From NCBI GenBank assembly GCA_963827655.1, contig CAWHCF010000012.1:1-31983 (forward strand): a stretch of DNA of 31,983 bases. The letters run 5' to 3'. A program made the translations under genes and the position numbers. Numbering within the stretch: the stretch's first letter is position 1; each line of letters opens with the position of its first letter. The stretch is from an uncultured Acidobacteriota bacterium (GTDB taxonomy: Bacteria; Acidobacteriota; UBA6911). Below are positions 24,291 through 31,983 of this stretch, piece after piece. The notes below the pieces were generated by a model that saw nothing but the letters and a program-made list of their open reading frames with translations, made no database searches and had not been told where the DNA came from.

Positions 24291-26846
24291 TCAGCGCGCG
24301 CCGACGACGGCGACAAGCAGGAGCCCAGCGTGATGAGGGCGGAGAGTCCGAGACCGCTGCGAAGAAGGTGTAGCCTGCCGCGCGCCGGCCGCGAAGGCGA
24401 GCGGCAGCGACCGCACGAGCCAACGCCATTCGGGCGCGGACCAGCACAGAGCGTGTAGACCTCCGCCCCTTCGAGAAGAAGGGAGAGCCCTCCACGGAAA
24501 GAAACCGCACTCGCGACAGGGAGCAGGAAGCGAGGATGCCCGCGAGCAGCGGAGGCATGGGGGAGGGAGGGCGATCGCGGTCAGCAGACTTCGAGAAAGC
24601 CTGATGCAGCCTAAAAAAACCGAGAGAAGGGTCAGCCACGCGAGAGCGCCGACAAAAGAGACACCAAGGATGTGATTCAAACGGGAAACGAGGTCGATCT
24701 ACACAGGCACTGCAGGATCATCAGCCAGCAGCACCGCGATCGAGGCGATCGTCTCGAGGGGATCCCGCGAGGGATCCAACAGGGCATAGAGCACATCGTA
24801 GTCCTTGACAGGAAGACGGACGAGATGTTTACGATTCGCGGCCTCGTTCGTTCCGAGGATGGTCCTCGTTGCGAGAGCGCAGACGAGGACCTGGAAGAAG
24901 GCCCTCAGACCGTCGGCATTCGTCGAGAACCGCTCGGCTACCTCCACATCAGACTAGCACGACTCGTCGAGCAGGAGCACGCGGCCCCCAACGTCAGCGA
25001 CGACCTGGGAGAGAGACAGATCGCGGGCATCGTGCCGTCCAGACGCGCGCGAGCGTCTCGCCTGCGAGCCGGCTCAGGACGCGACTCGCCTCCCGCCACG
25101 GGCGCAGGCGTTCGCGGGGCCCGAGGGCCGACAGACTCAACCCGAAGCTCGGCGCTTCCAGGGTGTCACAAGCGCGCCCCTCGGATTCGCAGGTAGCGAT
25201 ACAGCGCAGCCGTGTCGGACGGTAGACCACGCGCAGAGCTTCCGAGCAGCGGTGCTCACCGTGGGGGCATGGTGCCGAACCCAGAATTGACGCTCGAGCA
25301 AGGGATCCTCGGCGGCCCAGAAGAGTCACACCGCCATACGCCTGAAGACGACGGCGAGGCACGAAGGGTAAGAAGACGGAGGTCGGTTAGGGGAAGACTC
25401 GCGAGGCCCCCGCCTCGGCCGACGGGAGAGCCGGCGAGCGGCGGCTCCACTTAGAGAGACGCGAGAGGGCAACTCAGCCTCCCGACGCAGCCAGTACCAT
25501 ACCCGAGCGCGGAGCCTCGAAGGGAGATAGAAGACCCGAGTGCCCGTCAACGGTCGTGCAGCACGGTCGCCATCATCGAAGCGAGGAGGACGAGGGCGCC
25601 CAGGAAGACGAACATCGTGGGGTGGCTCGGTTTGCTTCGCAGCATACACAGCAACAGCACGATTGGCACGAGCTTCACGAGGGCTCGGGCGAACGCGCTC
25701 GCCGGCTTCGCGCAGCAGCCATCACTGGCCGCGATCCGAAGACCGAAGGCCACTTTCATAGGCGACGCGCGACAGATCCCCTCGGACAGCAGGAAGTAGG
25801 GCACGATCAGCGCCGAGGAAATCCACGCCCGGCAGCTCCAAGTCGGCAGGAAGGATCTCACCGAGACCTTCCTGCAGGAGGACGAAGAAGTCCGAGAGTC
25901 GCCGAAGGCGGCCGCGATGCGCCTCTCGACACCGGCAACCGGAGGGGAAGTTGCCCCGAACGGGGCGAGGGCCTCGGCGAGCTCTTACATAGGTTGCGAA
26001 GCGACGCTCCCGGTCCTTGGCGAGCGCCCGTCGGATCGCGGCGTCGAGCCCCGGCGGCACGTCCGGGACGCGGCGCGGCTAGGAGGCGGAGGCTCCTCGG
26101 ACATGATCCGGGCCACGAGGGTCACGCCGTTCCGGCGGCGTCGATCAGGGGGCCGGCCCGCGATCATCTCGTAGAGGGTCGCCCCGAGCAGAGTAGATGT
26201 CGGAACGGCGGTCCACGACCTCGCCGCGGAGCTGCTCGGGAGAGCTGTAGTGCGGCGTCCCGAGAAAGCGACCCTCTCGGGTGAGGCGGCTCACGGTCTC
26301 GGAGGAACGCGAGAGCCCGAGGTCCCCGATGCGGGCGCGGCCGTCGCGATCGAGGAAGCAGTTCGAAGGCTTGATGTCCCGGTGCACGATGCCGTGAGCG
26401 TCGTAAGCTCGGAGCCCCGCGACGAGCTGGAGGGTGAGGTCGACGGCGCGCGGCGGGGAGAGCCGGTGCTCCCGCCGCAGCAGATCGGCAACGGTCCCGC
26501 CCCGGACGATCTCCATGGCCAGAAGGAGTCCGAAGTCGCAGCGCTCGGCGCGGTAGAGAAAGACGGTGTTCGGGTGCGAGACCTTGGCCATCAGCCGCGC
26601 CTCGCGGAGGGCGAGGTCGAGGTCGTAGCCGCGCCCTTCCACGTCGAGCACCTTGAGCGCGACGGGACGTCCCGTGCCGGTATCGAGGGCTTCGTAGACG
26701 ACGCCCATCCCTCCGCGGCCGAGCTCTCGCACGATAGTGTAGCCCGGGACGGCGCCGACAAAAGGGTGCGCTTGCGCGGTGGGCCTCGCGAGGTGCGAGA
26801 GCGTGCGGTCGGGTTCGTCGGGAGAATTCGGCATGGTCGGGCTCAT
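24291..26846 (-). pseudogene. Multiply frameshifted Ser/Thr protein kinase with RDD and further membrane domains
   Basis: LGRGGMGVVY, VALKVL, HRDIKPSN, DLG, GTPHYSSPEQ, SDIYS. Fragments in changing frames: MIAGRPP, PPGLDAAIRRALAKDRERRF, RDD-like YFLLSEGICRASPMKVAFGLRI...LHDR/LTGTRV, then further hydrophobic pieces. The 3' end is uncertain. Confidence 0.7.
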
Positions 26847-26912
26847 GTGGATCCCACGGGGGTGCGCTGCACGACCGGCGCGGACTCGGGCGAGGCGGAT
26901 TGCGGACTAATC

Positions 26913-26935
26913 AACCACGAAGATCCAAAGACTCT
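26913..26935 (+). repeat. (ACACGAAG)n arm
   Basis: aaccacgaagatccaaagactc. Confidence 0.7.
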
Positions 26936-26942
26936 TTCGCGT

Positions 26943-28043
26943 TCACTTCTCCGTCCAGCTCTTCCAGTAATCCTTCCATTCAACCGTCTCGGCCGGAGGC
27001 AGGACCCGGATTGGATTGAAGCCATCCAGCATGACCGCATACTCATCGGTATGGGTCTTGGCCGCTTGATTGGCCAGCGCCTTCGGGTGCGGGCCGTGAT
27101 GGATGCCGCGCGGATGCAGGGTTGCCATCCCGGGATAGATGTTGTCCTTACTGAAAAAATCTCCATCGTGATAGAAGATGAACTCATCGTAATCCGTATT
27201 GCGATGAAAGAACGGGACACGCTGGGCCGAGGGATCCTGCTCGAGCGGGCGCGGAACGAAGCTGCAGACCACCGCCCCCTGGGTGATAAACGTGGTATGC
27301 GCGCTCGGCGGGAGATGCGCGCGGTGGCTCATCACGGGGCGAATGCTGCGCAGGTTCAGCTTCCAGACCGTCAGGTCACCTTTCCAGCCAACCACATCCA
27401 TCGGGTTGAAAGGGTAGAATACCGACGAGAATTCATCCTCCGTCTTGATGCGAATTTCCCATTCCCGGTTATCATCCAGGATAGGCGCCGGCTCCGGAGT
27501 GATGATTGCGGCCGGATCGTACAGCGCATGCTGGCCGAGCAGGCCTTTCTCCGGTTGGTCGAATTCCGCCCGTGACTGAATGATGAGAAAGAAGTTGTCC
27601 TTTGTATCGGGCAGGACTCTGTAGGTGACGGCTCGCGGAACCACGATGTAATCTCCGGGTTCGAATTTCAAGGGTCCGAAGTCCGTTTCGATGGTCCCTT
27701 CGCCTCGATGAACGAAGATCAACTCGTCGCCATCCGCATTGCGGAAATAGAAAGGCATCGGTTCGGAGCGGCGCGACAGGTAGAACTTGACGTCCTCGTT
27801 GGCCAGAAACGCGATCGGACTGCCTTCCGGATCGTGCTGGTCGGGGGGCTGGAGCTTGTTGCAATCAAAGCAGTGCGGCTTCAGCTTGCCTTCAATCCGA
27901 GTCCACGCGGTCGGGGGGTGAGCGTGATAAAGGTGTGAGCTTTTACCGTAGAATCCTCTGCGCCCGTGTTCCTCTTCGAACGTACCGCCCGGCAGACCGA
28001 CGTGCGCCTGACTGGCAACCGTTCCTTTCTTGAGCGGATACAT
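26943..28043 (-). CDS. hmgA: Homogentisate 1,2-dioxygenase
   Basis: EEEHGRRGFYG, YFRNADGDELIFVHRGEG, PMDVVGWKG, HLPPSAH, VPFFHRNTDYDE, LHPRGIHHGPHP; adjacent to hppD. Confidence 0.92.
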   Translation of the reverse strand: MYPLKKGTVASQAHVGLPGGTFEEEHGRRGFYGKSSHLYHAHPPTAWTRIEGKLKPHCFDCNKLQPPDQHDPEGSPIAFLANEDVKFYLSRRSEPMPFYFRNADGDELIFVHRGEGTIETDFGPLKFEPGDYIVVPRAVTYRVLPDTKDNFFLIIQSRAEFDQPEKGLLGQHALYDPAAIITPEPAPILDDNREWEIRIKTEDEFSSVFYPFNPMDVVGWKGDLTVWKLNLRSIRPVMSHRAHLPPSAHTTFITQGAVVCSFVPRPLEQDPSAQRVPFFHRNTDYDEFIFYHDGDFFSKDNIYPGMATLHPRGIHHGPHPKALANQAAKTHTDEYAVMLDGFNPIRVLPPAETVEWKDYWKSWTEK

Positions 28044-28093
28044 TTCTCTCCCCCAATGCAGCAAGCAGCAAACAGTGCACGTCTGCTTACTGC

Positions 28094-29221
28094 CTACAGA
28101 TTTCCTCGAAGTGCCTGCTCGCGCTCGATCGCCTCGAATAGCGCCTTGAAATTTCCCTTCCCGAAGCTGCGGCTTCCCTTCCGCTGAATGACTTCAAAAA
28201 ACAGAGTCGGCCGGTCCTCTACCGGTTTGGTGAAAATCTGAAGCATGTAGCCTTCGTCATCCCGGTCCACGAGAATGCCGAGTTCGGCAAGCCGAGCGAA
28301 AGGCTCCTCAATTGTTCCGACTCTCTGAAGCAGCTCCCCGTAATACGTGTGGGGAACATAAAGAAATTCCACTCCCTGGCTGCCCAGCCGGCTGACGGTT
28401 TCGATGATATTTCCGGTACCCAGGGCAATATGCTGGACTCCGGGCCCGTGGTAGAAATCGAGATACTCCTCGATTTGTGATTTCATTTTCCCGCGCGCCG
28501 GCTCGTTAATCGGGAACTTTATCCGTTCGGTTCCGTTCGCCACGACCTTGGACATCAAGGCGGAATACTCGGTTGAGATATCCTGGTCATCGAAGTGCTG
28601 GTAGAGCTGGAAACCCATCACATCCTCGTAGAATTTGACCCATCTATCCATCTCTCCCCAGCTAACATTGCCCACGACGTGGTCGATGTATCTCAACCCT
28701 GCCGGACGCGCGATCCGATCCGGCGCCTTCATCGTCACATAACCGGGCATGAAGTCGCCGCGATAGTTCTTTCGTTCCACGAATGTGTGGATGGTATCGC
28801 CATAAGTAGCTATCGCTGACTTCCGGACCTGCCCGTGTTCATCTTCCAGGGTCACGGGTTCCATGATGCCGAGCGCGCCGCGTTTTGTGGTCTCGTGGTA
28901 AGCCGATTCGGCATCCTCCACGGTAAGCGCGATGTCGCGCACGCCATCGCCATGAAGCCGCGCATGCTCCGTCACAGGATGGTCAGGCTGAAGAGAGGAC
29001 GTAAACACGAACCTTATTCTGTCCTGTTCGAGGACATAGGAGGCGCATTCGCGCGCGCCGGTCTCGGGGCCGCGATAGGCCACTCCCGTCATTCCGAATG
29101 CGGAGCGGTAATAATAGGCCGCCTGTTTGGCGTTACCCACATAGAACTCCAGGTAATCGACTCCGTACAGTGACAGGAAATCTTGCTGGACGTGCTTTGT
29201 CTTTTCCGCCAATTCCGGCAT
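28094..29221 (-). CDS. hppD: 4-hydroxyphenylpyruvate dioxygenase
   Basis: EFYVGNAKQAA, HGDGVRDIA, IDHVVGNV, KFPINEPA, GPGVQHIA, QIFTKPVEDRPTLFFEVIQRKG, FGKGNFKALFEAIEREQ; GGAGG RBS before ATG 29221. Confidence 0.97.
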   Translation of the reverse strand: MPELAEKTKHVQQDFLSLYGVDYLEFYVGNAKQAAYYYRSAFGMTGVAYRGPETGARECASYVLEQDRIRFVFTSSLQPDHPVTEHARLHGDGVRDIALTVEDAESAYHETTKRGALGIMEPVTLEDEHGQVRKSAIATYGDTIHTFVERKNYRGDFMPGYVTMKAPDRIARPAGLRYIDHVVGNVSWGEMDRWVKFYEDVMGFQLYQHFDDQDISTEYSALMSKVVANGTERIKFPINEPARGKMKSQIEEYLDFYHGPGVQHIALGTGNIIETVSRLGSQGVEFLYVPHTYYGELLQRVGTIEEPFARLAELGILVDRDDEGYMLQIFTKPVEDRPTLFFEVIQRKGSRSFGKGNFKALFEAIEREQALRGNL

Positions 29222-29235
29222 CAAACCTCCGGGAC

Positions 29236-29255
29236 TTCTGCGCGTCTTGGCGGTT
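29236..29255 (-). repeat. Short (ACACGAAG)n arm
   Basis: ttctgcgcgtcttggcggtt. Confidence 0.55.
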
Positions 29256-29256
29256 T

Positions 29257-30177
29257 TCACGGCTCATCGCCAGGACTCGAAGACGCCCAGCCACTCAGTT
29301 TCTCACGATCGAAGACGATGGGAAAATAGTCCCCCTCAATGAGCGCCCCTTCGGGAATGAGCGGCACTCCTTTGAGCAGCGGGAGACTGCCATCCGCGCA
29401 ACGTGTCTCCGGACCCATGTAATTGATTACCACCGCGCGGCGCGGCCGGTCGGACTTATTACCGAACGAACCGTGGACCGTGTGCGAATGATGAAAGGAC
29501 GCCTCTCCCGCCTTGCCGATCACCGGCACCGGCTTGAACAGCCGTTGCTGATCGGCCGGCAGCGCTGCGCGCAGCGCATCCATATCTCCGCCGAACGCCA
29601 CCTTGGGCAGCACCGCCCAGCGATGACTCCCGGGAACGTAGTGCAGGACACCCGTTTCCAGCGTGGCATCATCCAGGAGAATATTTATCGTGATATGGTT
29701 CGGCGGCAACGCGCGCGTCCAGTAAGAATAGTCCTGGTGCCACGGGACCACGCCCGGATGGCGCGGCGGCTTGTAAAAAACCTGGTCGTGCCAGAAGCGC
29801 ACACGGCTTGAGCCCAACAGCTGGCTGATCGGAACCGTAATCTGGGGCGAGAAGATCAGGTCGTGGAACCATTCATCGACCAGCCAGGCGCCGAGGAAGT
29901 GGAAGGTAACTTCATCGGGGCGCTCCAGATAGGCTGCCTCGACCTCATAGAGACGCTCCATATGCTGATCGAGGCCGTTGCGTATCCGCTCGAGACGTCG
30001 AGAAAGTTCATCCACCTGCTCGGGTTCCAGTATCTTGATCCCGGCGAGAAACCCCTGCTGGTGATACTGCGAAATTTGGGCCGGATTCAGCTCGTAACGC
30101 GCCAGGTCAGCGGCGGACTTCACCCTCGGGAATCGATCGGTAATGTACCCATGAATTTTTTGATACTCAGTCATCAT
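29257..30177 (-). CDS. Phytanoyl-CoA dioxygenase family (PhyH) Fe(II)/2OG dioxygenase
   Basis: HDQVFYKPP, PWHQDYSYW (HxD), LDDATLETG, VPGSH, FHHSHTVHGS, PRRAVVINY. Confidence 0.9.
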   Translation of the reverse strand: MMTEYQKIHGYITDRFPRVKSAADLARYELNPAQISQYHQQGFLAGIKILEPEQVDELSRRLERIRNGLDQHMERLYEVEAAYLERPDEVTFHFLGAWLVDEWFHDLIFSPQITVPISQLLGSSRVRFWHDQVFYKPPRHPGVVPWHQDYSYWTRALPPNHITINILLDDATLETGVLHYVPGSHRWAVLPKVAFGGDMDALRAALPADQQRLFKPVPVIGKAGEASFHHSHTVHGSFGNKSDRPRRAVVINYMGPETRCADGSLPLLKGVPLIPEGALIEGDYFPIVFDREKLSGWASSSPGDEP

Positions 30178-30188
30178 GCTTTCGACAT

Positions 30189-30593
30189 TCAGTCTAGTCC
30201 CCAGCTGAATTTCCTCTCGGGGTTCACTTCGATGATGGCCGAGTCTTTGTCTTCGAGCGGGGCCTCCGCCTCAAACTGCAGGTACTTGGCGTAAATTTTA
30301 CTGCGCAAACTCCGAAACTCCCGGGCAGTCACGACGCGTGCCTTCCCCTGGATCATGATGCCGCGCAGGTGCGCCCAGTCCTCGGTATACTCATCGAAGA
30401 CGAGGGTAACGCCGGGATTAGCCTTGATGTTTCTGACTTTTTTCGCGTCCGCTTCAGATCCGAAGTAGAGTTTGTCACCATCGAGCAGCGGACAAATCGG
30501 TACGCTGTAGAGCCGGCCGTTCCGATCGGAAGTAGCCAGGCGAGCGACGCGCGCGGGCTGCACAAACCTCTTCTCGGCTTTAGTCCACCTCAT
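30189..30593 (-). CDS. Pyridoxamine 5'-phosphate oxidase family (split-barrel flavin/F420-binding) protein
   Basis: From ATG 30593: RVARLATSD, KKVRNIKANPGVTLVFDEYTEDW, GIMIQGKA, PERKFSWG. Confidence 0.85.
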   Translation of the reverse strand: MRWTKAEKRFVQPARVARLATSDRNGRLYSVPICPLLDGDKLYFGSEADAKKVRNIKANPGVTLVFDEYTEDWAHLRGIMIQGKARVVTAREFRSLRSKIYAKYLQFEAEAPLEDKDSAIIEVNPERKFSWGLD

Positions 30594-30715
30594 GATTCCC
30601 TTTTGACGCCGGGCAATCCCTTGAGCAGCAGTTTCTTGTGTGCCCCTGGCGATCTCATCGTCTTCATAATCCCAATGCCGCTGATTCGAGTCAATGGCAC
30701 TGGCTTTCTTGGCAA

Positions 30716-30807
30716 GATTCTTGGTGTTTCTTCGTGTATTTGAGTCTTCGTGGTATTTGTTAGACAGCTCTAACCACGAAGACACGAAGACACCAAGAAA
30801 CGCGAAG
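30716..30807. repeat. (ACACGAAG)n inverted repeat pair
   Basis: gattcttggtgtttcttcgtgtatttgagtcttcgtggt ... aaccacgaagacacgaagacaccaagaaacgcgaag. Confidence 0.88.
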
Positions 30808-30832
30808 CATCTTAACGAAAGGATGCGGCGAG

Positions 30833-31903
30833 TTACCTCAGCCATCGCTCCAGAAAGCTGTATGCCTGCTGCCGGATTGCCGGCGGGAATTCATGACCGG
30901 CCTGCGGGTATATCGCCACCAGCCGGTCGCGGGCCTGAAACACCTTGTCGTAGATTTGACCGGCGGCCGCCTCGCAATCCTTGACTCCGGACACTTCAAA
31001 ATTACTGTCCCCCACAGGAGCGTTGATAAAAACCGGCCGCGGCGCCAGAGCCGCCAGGACTTCGGTAAAATCAAAGGGCATACGGGCTGGGTCTTTCGAA
31101 TAGACCTCGGCGATACGAGGCATGTAGCCCTTGTGACTCCACCCGGTCAAGTCGCCCCCTTTATATTTCGAAAAGGAGTTGAATCCGCAACTCGTCACCA
31201 CGGCCTTCACACGCGGATCAAAAGCGGCAAGATACAGCGAGTTATGGCCGCCCAGCGAATGCCCTATGACTCCGATTTTATCGGGGTCGACTTCAGGAAG
31301 GGATCGAAGCAGATCGATGGCGCGCCGGTGATTGACGATCGCCTTCATGGTCGCGCTCACGTAGCCATGGGCGTACGGATCGAAAGTATAATCTCCAAAA
31401 TTCGGATAGTCCGGCGCCAGAGTAACAAAGCCGCGCCCGGCGAGCTCGGCGGCATAGTGGAGGTCCGGTTTTCCTCCCACGCCTGCAGGCTCTCCCTTGC
31501 CGATGCGTGTGGTCTGGTGCAGGCAAAGAACGGCTGGAGATCTTGAACCATCCTTGATTTCTTTGGGCAAGAGCAGAAACGCGGGTACTCGATCCGGCTT
31601 CCCCCCTGACGGCACTTCACTGACAAAGGTAATCAGCCGGCGCCGGAACCCCGGGAGATCTTCGACCGGACCAAACTCCACGTCCAGGCCAGGCGTTGCA
31701 ACGTCCGGCAAAGGCCCCATGACCTTTTCCATGTTCTGCAAAATATGCGAACGGCGAATATTCCAATCGGCGATTGATCGGACGGGATGCGAGACGAGCC
31801 CGCTGTCGAGGTAGGTGAGTAGATCCTGCTTATCGGTATAGAAAGGCGCCTGTTCCTGGACAAGTAACAGACTCAACGCCGCGACCAGCAAGGCTCCTCT
31901 CAC
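30833..31903 (-). CDS. Secreted alpha/beta hydrolase (dienelactone hydrolase/acetylxylan esterase-like)
   Basis: Probable GTG 31903 after AGGAG (alternative 31936), signal peptide; PAVLCLHQT, LAPDYPNFG, GHSLGGH, LAPRP, GHEFP. Confidence 0.88.
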   Translation of the reverse strand: MRGALLVAALSLLLVQEQAPFYTDKQDLLTYLDSGLVSHPVRSIADWNIRRSHILQNMEKVMGPLPDVATPGLDVEFGPVEDLPGFRRRLITFVSEVPSGGKPDRVPAFLLLPKEIKDGSRSPAVLCLHQTTRIGKGEPAGVGGKPDLHYAAELAGRGFVTLAPDYPNFGDYTFDPYAHGYVSATMKAIVNHRRAIDLLRSLPEVDPDKIGVIGHSLGGHNSLYLAAFDPRVKAVVTSCGFNSFSKYKGGDLTGWSHKGYMPRIAEVYSKDPARMPFDFTEVLAALAPRPVFINAPVGDSNFEVSGVKDCEAAAGQIYDKVFQARDRLVAIYPQAGHEFPPAIRQQAYSFLERWLR

Positions 31904-31961
31904 CGAAGTATCTCCTGGAGTGGCCAATTCTCTCACACCTGGCGGTAAGGTTGGTCTCTAA

Positions 31962-31983
31962 TACCACCAAGACCCAAAGACAC
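31962..31983 (+). repeat. (ACACGAAG)n arm, truncated by window end
   Basis: taccaccaagacccaaagacac. Confidence 0.7.

Noticed and set aside
30594-30845. N-terminal extensions in the ORF track (30845, 29260, 23317, 22002, 11288, 8238, 37)
   Set aside because: They mostly translate repeat or promoter DNA (e.g. HEDSNTRRNTK, KTRR). Better starts with an RBS, promoter or signal peptide lie downstream.
3620-31983. CRISPR array or integron attC sites from the recurring repeats
   Set aside because: Copies are dispersed, degenerate and variable in orientation, with no regular spacers, cas genes, integrase or RYYYAAC/GTTRRRY box structure.

Overview
GC-rich bacterial window. The gene content suggests Acidobacteria (inference from two large carboxypeptidase-regulatory-domain TonB-dependent receptors, a Tat-exported SelA-like enzyme and secreted hydrolases). 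In order it holds: two convergent paralogous TonB-dependent receptors; vapBC-1; a Tat SelA-like PLP enzyme, CocE/NonD hydrolase and alpha/beta hydrolase; vapBC-2; a small decayed accessory block (hypothetical gene, a 108-bp MITE inserted in a REP hairpin, SRPBCC, an internally deleted ABM gene); DUF4342 plus an M20 amidohydrolase; Lhr helicase; a putative metal module; a sirtuin; a shattered Ser/Thr kinase-RDD gene; hmgA-hppD-PhyH-PNPOx-like genes; and a hydrolase. The main finding is in the metal module. The TlpA thioredoxin ORF (22086-22727) and the start-less ORF after it (to 23282) lie in one frame, separated only by TGA-CCG-CTT-TGA and followed by a SECIS-like hairpin. This predicts a 398-aa exported double-selenocysteine protein: thioredoxin(CxxC), His-rich linker, UxxU, then a beta-barrel-like domain. 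It lies downstream of a Cys-rich HPPR-ending leader ORF and a cation transporter. Most intergenic spacers carry an (ACACGAAG)n repeat. Scattered single-base frameshifts suggest long-read assembly errors, so pseudogene calls are provisional.
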